47,292 bases of DNA from a virus. Taxonomy: Duplodnaviria > Caudoviricetes. Made by a program: the position numbers and the translations under genes. The first letter of the stretch is position 1. Each line of letters starts with the position of its first letter. This document shows, one piece after another, positions 26,729 to 35,660 of the stretch. The notes beneath the pieces are model-generated. The model made no database searches and had not been told where the DNA came from. It saw only the letters and a list, made by a program, of their open reading frames with translations. Where the stretch lies: the IMG/VR virus record IMGVR_UViG_3300012231_000015, positions 1-47,292 of that record; one strand, given 5' to 3'.

Positions 26729-28801
26729 ATGACTAGACAAGAGGCGTCACAGTTTCTCAGAGATGAGATGAATAAACATGGTCTGACAGATTGGACCATT
26801 CGTCTCAATCAGAATCCCAATTCGTATTTCTTGGGATTGTGCTCGTATAAGGACAAATGTATCATATTGTCCGCGCATCACGTTGATATTCATCCGACAC
26901 CTGATCTAATCAATACAATCAGGCATGAAGTGGCACACGCGCTAGTGGGTCCGGGCCACGGTCACGATAATGTATGGTCTGATAAGGCTAAGGAAATTGG
27001 TTGCGATAACACGCTCCCATGTTCTAACCTTTCACTCAGTCCACAGATTATCGATGCTATCCGTAGTGGGGCTGATGTGGAAGTAACATTCGACGAGCAT
27101 GTAATTCGCACGCCGAAATACAATATCACTCGATTACAGGACAAGTGTGAGAAGTGCGGTAAAGTCGCTAAAATGGTGTCAGAAAAGTTGATTGTCAATA
27201 AGTCTGACGATCAACCTGATGTCAAGCTCATCACACTAGAGTGTGGGCACATCATTTTCAAGAAGATCCCAAAGGGAACTCCGTTTCATAAGTTCCAGAT
27301 GGGTGGCGACATCAATTGCACACACGAGTGGGCTAAAAACACTTGTGTCAAGTGCAACCGTAAAAAGCCGTACGATTTCCAGATCGAGGGAATGAAGTTT
27401 CTCGAAGCTGCACTATCAGTTAGTAAGGGTGGCGCATGTTTCGATGAAATGGGACTAGGTAAAACGATTCAGGCTATGGGCGTGTTGAAATACCATGCTG
27501 AATTGTTGCCTACACTGTGGCTGGTAAAATCCAGCACGAAGTATCAGACAGCATCAGCAATTCTGTATTGGATGGGTGATGAGCATGTTCCACAGATCAT
27601 CAATACATCTAAGGATTGGTTGATTCCTGGCCTTAAGCACTACATCATCGGATACGATATGTTGGTGCATAAGTCACGAACTCTCAAGTCTGGTAAGGTG
27701 GTTAACTCAGGATTTGATATCACACAGTTCGATCGTGTGGGTATTAAATGTGTCGTGTTAGACGAATGTCAACAGATTAAGAATGTTGACAGCACACGCA
27801 CGCAGATGACACGTAAGGTCGTTAAGGACCGTAAAGTCATTCCATTGAGTGGGACACCGTGGAACAATCGTGGCAGTGAATTGTATCCAGTTCTCAATAT
27901 GATGGATCCTATCAAGTTCCACAGTAATGAGGGATTCGTCAGACAGTGGGTTGACAAGTATTGGCATGGCAATACACTGAAAGAGGGTGGTATTCGCAAC
28001 ATCGCTGGATTCAAGGAATATACAAAGGATCTACTGATTAGGCGAGAGAGGACAGAAGTGTTACCAGAACTACCCTTGGTAAATCGAACTAAGCTGAATG
28101 TTGTCATGGATACGACACAAGAGAAAGTCTATGATGACGCGGTAGAGGAATTCGTTAAGTGGTTTGAAGAGCAGAACGATAATCTTTCTGGTATGGCTAT
28201 TATTGCAGCCATGCAAAAGATGCGTAGGCTCGTCGGACTCACTAAGATTCCAGCTACTCTGGAATACGTCGATGAGTTCGTTGAAGAGACAGACCGTAAG
28301 TTGGTCGTATTCGTCCATCATAAGGATGTGGCGCATATCATCTTTGACGAAATCAGCAAAAAGTATGGGAGTGAGTTTCCTGTATTGAAGTTTGCAGCAG
28401 AGATGAATCCAGCAGATAAGTTCGCTACTCAGAACAAGTTCAATGAGTCGAAGCGTTCGATTATGGTTGCATCTACTCAATCGGCTGGAGAAGGTCTTAA
28501 TCTCCAGACGTGCTCAGACTGTATTCTGCATGAACGTCAGTGGAATCCGGGGAAAGAAGAGCAGGCAGAGGGTAGATTTATCCGTATCGGCTCAGAAGCT
28601 ACATCAGTCAATGCCATCTATGCGCACATGAATGGATTGACTGCTATTGACCAGGCTCTTGACGCGATTGTTGAGAGGAAACGGATTCAGTTCCACAGTC
28701 TGATGAATAACACTGATGCGCCTCAGTGGAATGAAGAGTCAATCATGAAAGAATTGGCTGACTCAATCGTTCGGGCGCATAGACAGAAGTTCAAGAAGTG
28801 A
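26729..28801 (+). CDS. SprT-like metalloprotease / Zn ribbons / SNF2-family helicase fusion
   Basis: LGLCSY...HEVAHAL..GHGHD..W (SprT HExxH); CEKC...CGH and C.H...CVKC; Q motif YDFQ, DEMGLGKT, DECQ, LSGTP, AGEGLNLQ, WNPG..EQAEGRFIRIG. Confidence 0.9.
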   Translation: MTRQEASQFLRDEMNKHGLTDWTIRLNQNPNSYFLGLCSYKDKCIILSAHHVDIHPTPDLINTIRHEVAHALVGPGHGHDNVWSDKAKEIGCDNTLPCSNLSLSPQIIDAIRSGADVEVTFDEHVIRTPKYNITRLQDKCEKCGKVAKMVSEKLIVNKSDDQPDVKLITLECGHIIFKKIPKGTPFHKFQMGGDINCTHEWAKNTCVKCNRKKPYDFQIEGMKFLEAALSVSKGGACFDEMGLGKTIQAMGVLKYHAELLPTLWLVKSSTKYQTASAILYWMGDEHVPQIINTSKDWLIPGLKHYIIGYDMLVHKSRTLKSGKVVNSGFDITQFDRVGIKCVVLDECQQIKNVDSTRTQMTRKVVKDRKVIPLSGTPWNNRGSELYPVLNMMDPIKFHSNEGFVRQWVDKYWHGNTLKEGGIRNIAGFKEYTKDLLIRRERTEVLPELPLVNRTKLNVVMDTTQEKVYDDAVEEFVKWFEEQNDNLSGMAIIAAMQKMRRLVGLTKIPATLEYVDEFVEETDRKLVVFVHHKDVAHIIFDEISKKYGSEFPVLKFAAEMNPADKFATQNKFNESKRSIMVASTQSAGEGLNLQTCSDCILHERQWNPGKEEQAEGRFIRIGSEATSVNAIYAHMNGLTAIDQALDAIVERKRIQFHSLMNNTDAPQWNEESIMKELADSIVRAHRQKFKK

Positions 28802-28854
28802 GATTCATCGATGAGGATGAGCTAGCAATCGTGAAATTTGTAGGCGATATAGCT

Positions 28855-29075
28855 GGTATGATAGTATTAGGGAGATTGATTCTCCTGATACTATCATACC
28901 TGATGGGAGGTAACTAATGGCGAAACCAGTTCCACAGACACCACGGGAGAGATTGATTCCCGGTAACGTGCGAGTAATCGCACCGTCTGGTAAGACTACT
29001 TGGAAACTCAAGTAGTTAGAGTGTAAGTAGGATGCTGAAGTCTAACGATTTCAGCATCCAATCGTATCCTCTAAC
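28855..29075 (+). ncRNA. hairpin-dense region after the helicase gene (candidate structured RNA)
   Basis: Six hairpins, including 28855-28900 (about 20 bp) and 29015-29075; GAGATTGATTC is repeated in two loops. Confidence 0.45.
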
Positions 29076-29106
29076 GAAAAGAAACTAAGAATAGGAGAGT
29101 GAAACT

Positions 29107-29547
29107 ATGAACTTCAGAGCTGATAGAACTAAGTGGGTGGCAGGTCAGTGGGACAATGAGCCAGATCGCGTGGATTTTGAGTACGCGGGCTTGAGGTGCG
29201 AGGTATTGCGTGGCCCTATGGGGTCATTCAATGGCTACGTATCTGTTCCAGAACGTCATCCCGCGTATGGGATTGACTACATGAACTTCGAGCATCCAGT
29301 GAGTAATCTGGATGTGCATGGTGGTATTACGTATTCAGGCACCCACGAAGATGGTAAGTCGTGGACGTTTGGGTTTGATACCGCGCACTATCTGGATCTT
29401 ACGCCTCTCGATATGTCCCTCGTTGTCAGGGGGATTATCGATAACAAGTACGGTGAATACCGTAACTTGCAGTACGTGGTAGAAGAGACTGTCAAGTTGG
29501 CTAGACAGTTGTCTGAACTTGAACTCTCTATTAAGGAGGTCAAGTGA
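29107..29547 (+). CDS. conserved phage hypothetical protein (GYV.VP..HP...VHGGITY...FGFDTAH family)
   Basis: Motif pattern commonly seen in phage early regions; function unknown. Confidence 0.7.
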   Translation: MNFRADRTKWVAGQWDNEPDRVDFEYAGLRCEVLRGPMGSFNGYVSVPERHPAYGIDYMNFEHPVSNLDVHGGITYSGTHEDGKSWTFGFDTAHYLDLTPLDMSLVVRGIIDNKYGEYRNLQYVVEETVKLARQLSELELSIKEVK

Positions 29548-29951
29548 GTGAATTTAAGTTGAGGCCACTCACTATCAAGTGGTCTGATTGGACTATCAGG
29601 ATGCGCGCACTGCCACGTCCAATTAGACCATACGATGCTCAGGTCATTCTACGGGATGTATCGGCATGGCAGAAAAGGATCGATGAGTGGATCCTTTCTC
29701 TGCCGGGTGATCAGATACGTGATCTGATTCAGCTCGCTGATGCAGAGATTGATATGCTATTTGCATCATTGGATCGTATGTCTCCAGAGTTCATGGAAGA
29801 TGATAGGCTGGAGTTTCGTACTCGATTCTATGAGCTTCAGCCACTCATCGCTACAGTCACTCGATTGGCTTTACCGGGTTACGAGTGGGTAACTGATATG
29901 CTATGCAGTTTGGAAGCGTATGCTAAGGAACGTACGGATTGGCTGCCATAA
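29544..29951 (+). CDS. hypothetical protein
   Basis: GTG start with an AAGGAGG RBS; coupled to neighbours. Confidence 0.6.
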   Translation: MSEFKLRPLTIKWSDWTIRMRALPRPIRPYDAQVILRDVSAWQKRIDEWILSLPGDQIRDLIQLADAEIDMLFASLDRMSPEFMEDDRLEFRTRFYELQPLIATVTRLALPGYEWVTDMLCSLEAYAKERTDWLP

Positions 29952-30106
29952 TGGGAACTAAGACTCTATACGTCAAGGACTATATGTTGTGGTTAGACGC
30001 TAAGGAACAGGCTAATAGAGAGTATATTAGCCTGTCCGCCTTTGTAGAGAAAGTTCTAAGACAATATCTAAAGAAAGAAGAGAAAAGGAGAGTGACTAAT
30101 GAATGA
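29951..30106 (+). CDS. ribbon-helix-helix-like DNA-binding protein (51 aa)
   Basis: Not in the track. MGTKTLYVKDYMLWLDAKEQANREYISLSAFVEKVLRQYL..., an RHH-like strand-helix-SLS-helix pattern. Confidence 0.55.
   Translation: MGTKTLYVKDYMLWLDAKEQANREYISLSAFVEKVLRQYLKKEEKRRVTNE
30085..30102 (+). repeat. start-associated repeat AAGGAGAGTGACTAATGA (also at 30318 and 33765; variants at 29093, 30482, 31537)
   Basis: Three exact 18-bp copies, each spanning RBS plus start codon. Confidence 0.8.
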
Positions 30107-30332
30107 AAAAGACATGGAAATGGACCCTGACTATCCCGGTTTTCCATACGATTCAGCACTTGGTATGGATCCTGTGTGTAATATTTGTGGACAGCCGGTA
30201 GTTCTGGGAGAGTACGTGCGTCAGACATTCTACGGTATGGTGATACGCACTCATCCAGAAGAGACAGAGCTAGGGATCAAGGAAAGTTTTTATATGTTGG
30301 TCCACACTAAATGTGAGAAGGAGAGTGACTAA
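30099..30332 (+). CDS. small Zn-finger-like protein
   Basis: CNIC...HTKC; begins in a start-associated repeat. Confidence 0.6.
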   Translation: MNEKDMEMDPDYPGFPYDSALGMDPVCNICGQPVVLGEYVRQTFYGMVIRTHPEETELGIKESFYMLVHTKCEKESD

Positions 30333-30496
30333 TGAGTAGAGCATATATCGACGTGAGGGGCGTGTGGCCTGTGTATGTTAATGGGCTGACAGCCTATGAA
30401 CTACAGGGCATGACGCGGGAAGTAACTGTAGAGCAGGTAGAGGAAATTCAGACTCTACTTGACGATGAGTGGGATAAAGAAAAGGATGGTGACTAA
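30332..30496 (+). CDS. small hypothetical protein (54 aa)
   Basis: Not in the track. MSRAYIDVRGVWPVYVNG...DKEKDGD, bounded by two start-associated repeats. Confidence 0.6.
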   Translation: MSRAYIDVRGVWPVYVNGLTAYELQGMTREVTVEQVEEIQTLLDDEWDKEKDGD

Positions 30497-30768
30497 TGGG
30501 TGTTCATACTTTGACAGACGGTGATGATGCTGTGATGTATTGCTCAACCAGTGGTTGGGCATTCGGTCCAGTATTCGATACGACTTCAGATCATGATGCG
30601 GCAGATCGTATCGATCTGTTTCTTGACTGGATGCGTCAGTTCGGTCAGGACGTGCGTGTTTACGAGGACAATAAACTTGAGGAAAAGTATACAGAGTTCC
30701 TCAAGGTGGAGGAACAGCTCTGGAAAGACAAGGAAGCTAAGGATAATGAAATGTATGAGGGAGGCTAA
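30496..30768 (+). CDS. hypothetical protein
   Basis: 90 aa, coupled start; YCSTSGWAFGPVF. Confidence 0.6.
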   Translation: MGVHTLTDGDDAVMYCSTSGWAFGPVFDTTSDHDAADRIDLFLDWMRQFGQDVRVYEDNKLEEKYTEFLKVEEQLWKDKEAKDNEMYEGG

Positions 30769-30770
30769 CT

Positions 30771-31082
30771 ATGAGTAACTATGATGAATATGATCTGTCT
30801 GAATACTCTGGACACGATTATAATATTACACGTATGAATCGGATGAACATGACATACGTGATGCGCGAGCTACCTCCGCCTGGTAATAGCACGGAGGTAG
30901 TTTGTGGCACGAAAGCAATGATTTTCAAAGCCAGTATCCACGAGATCAACCGTGGCTGGTTTCAATGGATGAACGGCGAGATGATTCAAGTCGCCTTTCC
31001 ATTTCTAATGGCAGGTGAGCGAGAGTTCCTAATGACAGGAATGACACCTGATGAATGGGACGAAATGTTTAAGGATCGGTAG
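30771..31082 (+). CDS. hypothetical protein (IQ.AFP.L...EREFL.TG.TP.EW family)
   Basis: C-terminal motif commonly seen in phage hypothetical proteins; GGAGG RBS. Confidence 0.6.
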   Translation: MSNYDEYDLSEYSGHDYNITRMNRMNMTYVMRELPPPGNSTEVVCGTKAMIFKASIHEINRGWFQWMNGEMIQVAFPFLMAGEREFLMTGMTPDEWDEMFKDR

Positions 31083-31089
31083 TTTACGT

Positions 31090-31170
31090 GGGGATGTGGT
31101 GAAATGGCATACACAGCAGACTTAAAATCTGCCGTCTAACGACATGAGGGTTCGACTCCCTCCATCCCCA
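31090..31170 (+). tRNA. tRNA-Leu (anticodon TAA), CCA not encoded
   Basis: Acceptor GGGGATG/CATCCCC-A; D loop with GG; anticodon arm GCAGA-CTTAAAA-TCTGC; long variable arm; T arm GAGGG-TTCGACT-CCCTC. Confidence 0.95.
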
Positions 31171-31188
31171 TAAACTAAAGGAGAAACT

Positions 31189-31926
31189 ATGTATATGACT
31201 GATATGAAGCCACTCGCACCATTGTCGCACGGTAACATCCTCATCGTGGGTACTAAGGCAAGTAATTTCGATGAGGAACTAAGGACACATCCCAGAGTAA
31301 TTATGTGGGATGGACAGCACGAGAACTGGGTAAGGAAAGACATACCACAGAATGTGCAGGCTATCTTTTTCACACGATTCATTGGACACAATGCATTCGG
31401 TAAGATTGTAGCCGAGGCACGTAAGAAGCACCTGACGGTTTTCAATCCGTTAGGGACAGGTACTATCGCACGTCAGGTCAAGGAGCTTTTGGGGTCCGTT
31501 GAGCCTGTGCAGAAATTTGAAGTAACTGAGGAAGTAAAGGAGAGTCAAACTATGAATACTAAAGTAACTGGATACGGGAAGTTGCCGGTGTTTATTCCGT
31601 TCATCGATTTTACACTGAACAATCGAGCTAATGCTAAGATCCTTATGGAGAAAGCTAAGGAGCTTGGGGTAGAGTCTACTCCAGACTCATTGGCTAACTT
31701 CGTGGGGGCATACCGTAGGAAGATGAACCACTCGTCCTACAGGCGTACCAAGGTCAAGACTGAGACAGTCAAGAAGCCTACGGGACAATTAGATGCATCA
31801 GTTCAGATCTTGGATAATCTTATCAAGGAACTCAAGGACATGCGTGAGTTTCTTATCGAGACGACAAACGAAAACAAGTCACTGAAGAACAGGTTGAACA
31901 AGTTCAAGGAGTTGTTCAATGAATAA
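31189..31926 (+). CDS. hypothetical protein (DUF2325-like alpha/beta N-domain plus helical/coiled-coil C-domain)
   Basis: ILIVG...IPQNVQAIFFTRFIGH resembles DUF2325; internal RBS plus ATG at 31552. Confidence 0.6.
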   Translation: MYMTDMKPLAPLSHGNILIVGTKASNFDEELRTHPRVIMWDGQHENWVRKDIPQNVQAIFFTRFIGHNAFGKIVAEARKKHLTVFNPLGTGTIARQVKELLGSVEPVQKFEVTEEVKESQTMNTKVTGYGKLPVFIPFIDFTLNNRANAKILMEKAKELGVESTPDSLANFVGAYRRKMNHSSYRRTKVKTETVKKPTGQLDASVQILDNLIKELKDMREFLIETTNENKSLKNRLNKFKELFNE

Positions 31927-32254
31927 CATTAGTGTATTACACCCTTACAAGTATAAGGGTCAGTGGGTCTTTGACGATCCTGAGAAGGATCTGATCAAGG
32001 AAGCATTTATTGCGGGATCAGATGAAATCATTAGTAAGATGGCGGAGGGTAAGGATAAGATCACAGTTCTATTCTCTGGGGAAGCATTCCCAGGACATCA
32101 GTTAATGATGGAGTGGACTGGTGAAGAGATGTCAGGTAATTGGTATCACTGTGTATCACTGGATATGCATGGCTGGTTATGCCCATCTCTACTGAAGTAT
32201 TTCGATGAGGTTCCTCGTACGATTTACGCGCAGTTCAAGCCGGTGACTGAGTAA
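31919..32254 (+). CDS. DUF6717-like protein
   Basis: PYKYKGQWVFDD...LIKEAFIAGSD...GNWY...GWLCPSLLKYF. Confidence 0.6.
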   Translation: MNNISVLHPYKYKGQWVFDDPEKDLIKEAFIAGSDEIISKMAEGKDKITVLFSGEAFPGHQLMMEWTGEEMSGNWYHCVSLDMHGWLCPSLLKYFDEVPRTIYAQFKPVTE

Positions 32255-33204
32255 TGGATATCATTCCAGAGCCGAAGAAGAATATCAGTCTGGATGCGAC
32301 AGCTCTATCGAGTCTAATGTCATGTGCTAGATATCATGACATTAGATTCAATCATCGGCTCGTATCAGCTAAGGGTAAGTCCAACAGTATGGAAGTGGGT
32401 TCATTGATTCATAAGGTGCTTGAAGTCTATTACAAGCATATGATCAAGGGATTCAAGCGTGACGTTAGTATCGGTCAAAGTCTAGTAGCAGGTCAGATGT
32501 ATGTGATTGGATGTCCTCATTGTAGTGACGTACACAATGAGCATCCATCATGCGGGCATGAACAAGGAGAGTATCCGGGGTTACAGAATACCCCGGAACT
32601 CAGTGAGAAGTATACCGTAGGGTGGAAGTTCGCATTAGATACTTGTGAACAGTATTTCGAGTTCTATAAGAATGATGCGCACATTCCACTCGCGGCTGAG
32701 GAAGTTAGAGGGGAGGTATTGTATGAAGATGACGAAATTAGAATACTCTGGAAAGCAAAGTTCGATCTAATCGTTGACACTAACCAAATTGGAATTGTGT
32801 CGATGGATCATAAGACATTCAAACAGAGACGTGACAAGACAAGTCTAAGTAATCAGTTCACAGGTCAATGCCTCCTGTTGAAGAGTAGGAATGTCATTGT
32901 CAATAAAATAGGGTTGCAGACAACCCTACCGATTAAGGACAGACTTACAAGAGAAATAACGAGTTACAGTGCGGATAGACTGTTGGAGTGGCAGTCAGAG
33001 ATACTGCCATACTATGCGTATAAGTATATTCAATTCTCTGAGTCAGGCTATTGGCCTCCAGACTATACGCACTGCGACACGATGTTCGGTCCATGTCCTT
33101 ATAAGTCAGTCTGTGAGAGTGACAGAAATATGAGGGAAGAGACTCTAAGGAATGAGTTCGTACTGGTCCCCGTATGGGATCCAGTCAATAAGGAGGATGA
33201 ATAA
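32254..33204 (+). CDS. PD-(D/E)XK exonuclease, Cas4/AddB-like with four cluster-type cysteines
   Basis: CARY, GSLIH, KFDLIV...MDHKT, SNQF and C-terminal HC...CPYKSVC; extra CPHC..CGH insert. Confidence 0.8.
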   Translation: MDIIPEPKKNISLDATALSSLMSCARYHDIRFNHRLVSAKGKSNSMEVGSLIHKVLEVYYKHMIKGFKRDVSIGQSLVAGQMYVIGCPHCSDVHNEHPSCGHEQGEYPGLQNTPELSEKYTVGWKFALDTCEQYFEFYKNDAHIPLAAEEVRGEVLYEDDEIRILWKAKFDLIVDTNQIGIVSMDHKTFKQRRDKTSLSNQFTGQCLLLKSRNVIVNKIGLQTTLPIKDRLTREITSYSADRLLEWQSEILPYYAYKYIQFSESGYWPPDYTHCDTMFGPCPYKSVCESDRNMREETLRNEFVLVPVWDPVNKEDE

Positions 33205-33395
33205 TGCCCACTCAAGCAGCAGAAATTATGGCTCTACAGAGTCGTGTCAAGGAACTCATGGGTCAATTGGATGTATTAGAGGATGTAGTTCACACTCTCA
33301 TTGTGTGGATTGTAGCATCAGCAGTTAGTCCTCTGAGTCCGCGTGAAGGCAAGGAACTAATTGAATTACTAGAGAGGGCGGAGGTGAAGAAGTGA
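33204..33395 (+). CDS. small hypothetical protein
   Basis: Coupled start, GGAGG RBS. Confidence 0.55.
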   Translation: MPTQAAEIMALQSRVKELMGQLDVLEDVVHTLIVWIVASAVSPLSPREGKELIELLERAEVKK

Positions 33396-33565
33396 AGATA
33401 AAAGAGCTGAAGGAACAACTGAAGGATATTGAGGATGAGACTGAAATCTTCCTCAGTGTAGATGGAATCAATATCACTGATATCCAATTAGAGCATATCA
33501 TGGAGTCATGTGATGATCCTACGATCATCGGATTCGTTGTAGTTCCTAAGATGGAGGCACACTAA
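33392..33565 (+). CDS. small hypothetical protein (57 aa)
   Basis: Not in the track. GTG start with a GGAGGTG RBS; MKIKELKEQLKDIEDETEIFL... Confidence 0.6.
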   Translation: MKIKELKEQLKDIEDETEIFLSVDGINITDIQLEHIMESCDDPTIIGFVVVPKMEAH

Positions 33566-33765
33566 TGATTGACTTAAAAAAAGCGGCTGGAGATAATGCA
33601 GGATATCAACTTCGTATCAATTATATTGCTGCGAAGGATCAGTATTCCGCGACTGGTTACGTCGTATTTAATGGAAAGAGTGAAACTGAATACGATAAGG
33701 ACGGAGCTACAGTTTTCTTTAAGACATCGGAAGAGATGATAAAGTATTTGACTGAAGTAAAATAA
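33565..33765 (+). CDS. small hypothetical protein
   Basis: TAATG coupling, GGAGG RBS. Confidence 0.55.
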   Translation: MIDLKKAAGDNAGYQLRINYIAAKDQYSATGYVVFNGKSETEYDKDGATVFFKTSEEMIKYLTEVK

Positions 33766-33778
33766 AGGAGAGTGACTA

Positions 33779-34015
33779 ATGACAAAACTAACATTACTTG
33801 ATAAGGCACTGGCTACTCCTATGCGTAAGAACTATGGTAGGAGTGCAAGTAAGGAAGAGATTGAACTTGGATTGGCATGGATGCAGGGATACGTTACCAT
33901 CACTCAAGTTGGTAAAGTTATGGGTATTACTGCTGGTCTTGCACAGTCTAGGATGGCTAAGATTCTACGTGATGCTTATCTGGCTGGTAGGCTGGAAGTA
34001 AAGGAGCAGGAATAA
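33779..34015 (+). CDS. small HTH-like protein
   Basis: VTITQVGKVMGITAGLAQSRM; begins in a start-associated repeat. Confidence 0.55.
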   Translation: MTKLTLLDKALATPMRKNYGRSASKEEIELGLAWMQGYVTITQVGKVMGITAGLAQSRMAKILRDAYLAGRLEVKEQE

Positions 34016-34188
34016 TGAAAGTCAAGACTATTAAGATAGAACTAGCTCCAGACGAGGAAAGGGAGAAGGGACACGCAACCATACTTGAATTCCAAGATGG
34101 TATGTGGACTACTAATGCTCCCATCTATCCACGTATAGCTAGCGCACTCAATGAAATCTATTATCTGTTGAGGGGACAGAAAATATAA
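34015..34188 (+). CDS. small hypothetical protein (57 aa)
   Basis: Not in the track. MKVKTIKIELAPDEEREKGHATILEFQDG..., coupled on both sides. Confidence 0.55.
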   Translation: MKVKTIKIELAPDEEREKGHATILEFQDGMWTTNAPIYPRIASALNEIYYLLRGQKI

Positions 34189-34433
34189 TGCCTTGTGGTG
34201 GAATCTATCCAATCACTCCGAAGCATCCATTCGGTGAGATGCATGGCAAATCTAACTATGATAATTGTTTCCATTGCAATAAGGAAATCAAATCAGAAGA
34301 TTTGATGTTCTGTGATGAGTGGGACTGTTATCTTCATCGTGATTGTGTGATGGACTTCCTTAAAAGTGAGGATGGTCAAGTTGTATTACTTCACGGACAT
34401 GAAGTCGTTCTATATTACGAGAAGGAAGAATAA
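34188..34433 (+). CDS. small Cys/His Zn-binding protein
   Basis: CFHC...CDEWDCYLHRDC. Confidence 0.6.
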   Translation: MPCGGIYPITPKHPFGEMHGKSNYDNCFHCNKEIKSEDLMFCDEWDCYLHRDCVMDFLKSEDGQVVLLHGHEVVLYYEKEE

Positions 34434-35239
34434 TGCCGACAATGAGTGACGTGGATTTTAAATCTCTCTACTGTCTGTTTAAGGGGGAGCCTGGGACACG
34501 CAAGTCTACTCAGGCTCTATCATTCCCCGGACCACAGTATTGGTTCTCATGGGATAGAAAGATGAGTAGTATCTTTATGCCCATGAAGAAATGGGGTATC
34601 GATCCTAAGACTATCTCGTATGATGACTATGATGACTGGACTAAGGCGCGGGTCAAGTTGGAACAGTTCAAAGTGAGCTGTCCATACAAGACTATCGTGA
34701 TCGATTCCATCACATCATGTGCTGACAGTATTCTCAGACAGACTACAGCATTGAAGTATGGACTGGCGCGTAAGTCTGGTGCTACAGCAGGTAAATTGAT
34801 TGCTGGCATCGCAGTCAATGAAATTGAGGACTATAACGCGGAGTCGGCAGCACTTGGGGAACTGATAGCCATTACTAAAGATATCAATAAGTATCATGGT
34901 ATCAACGTGGTCATTATAGCCCATGTAATCAAAGCTGAATACAGGGATACGACGAAAAAGACTACACACATATCCCGTCAGATCGTTACGGCGGGAAAGA
35001 ATATTGCGATGAAAATTCCGGCTTATTGTGGTGAAATTTATCACTTCAATATTAAGTCGGGTTTTGATCCCAATCAAGGAGGTGAATATTCGTTACTGAC
35101 GGAGCATACTGGTGATGATTTTGCTAAGTCCGAAATCGGTTTGGACAAGGAAATAGTATTTGGCGATAAGCCAATCTATGACACCTACATCAAACCAGCT
35201 ATCACCAGAACAACAGCAACACCAACGACGACGTTCTAA
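34433..35239 (+). CDS. AAA_24/Sak4-like P-loop ATPase (recombination/annealing)
   Basis: Walker A GEPGTRKST, Walker B TIVIDSIT, VVIIAH; lies between an exonuclease and an SSB. Confidence 0.8.
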   Translation: MPTMSDVDFKSLYCLFKGEPGTRKSTQALSFPGPQYWFSWDRKMSSIFMPMKKWGIDPKTISYDDYDDWTKARVKLEQFKVSCPYKTIVIDSITSCADSILRQTTALKYGLARKSGATAGKLIAGIAVNEIEDYNAESAALGELIAITKDINKYHGINVVIIAHVIKAEYRDTTKKTTHISRQIVTAGKNIAMKIPAYCGEIYHFNIKSGFDPNQGGEYSLLTEHTGDDFAKSEIGLDKEIVFGDKPIYDTYIKPAITRTTATPTTTF

Positions 35240-35265
35240 ACAACAACACAGAAAGAGAGACAAGT

Positions 35266-35655
35266 GTGCCAATCATCACATTCAGTGCGTCAGATTTGAG
35301 CCGGGGTAAGATCGTGGAACCGGCATGGTACGTCATGACTATCAACAGTATTGGGGAGGCTCCATCGAAGGATGGCGGCTCTACCAATTACCCGGTAGAC
35401 GGTACCATCGTCAAGAACGCTGACAATGGGTCAGAAGAGTTCAAGGATGTTTCCATCACTTGGAATTTCAATAGCAAGGCAATTGGCTTTGCTTCGGGAT
35501 TCCTCGCATCCTTTGGAGTCGAGGCTAAGCAGGATCAGCGGTATGAGCTGAACTCTGCTGTAGGTAAGACGCTGGAAGTGTTTGTGGAGAACGGCGAGTG
35601 GCAGGGTCGTATTGTCAATCGCGTGAACCACAAGTATCGTCCGGTTCGTAGCTAG
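35266..35655 (+). CDS. DUF669-like single-stranded DNA-binding protein
   Basis: EPAWY.M.I...SKDG...LASFG...VGKTLEVFVENGEWQGRIVNRV..Y; follows the Sak4-like ATPase. Confidence 0.7.
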   Translation: MPIITFSASDLSRGKIVEPAWYVMTINSIGEAPSKDGGSTNYPVDGTIVKNADNGSEEFKDVSITWNFNSKAIGFASGFLASFGVEAKQDQRYELNSAVGKTLEVFVENGEWQGRIVNRVNHKYRPVRS

Positions 35656-35660
35656 TCTGC

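Noticed and set aside
31090-31170. tRNA as an integration site (temperate lifestyle)
   Set aside because: No integrase, recombinase or CI-like repressor recognised in an apparently complete genome.
32254-33204. Cas4-like nuclease as evidence of CRISPR-Cas
   Set aside because: No cas1/cas2 or array; it sits in the usual phage exonuclease-ATPase-SSB recombination module.
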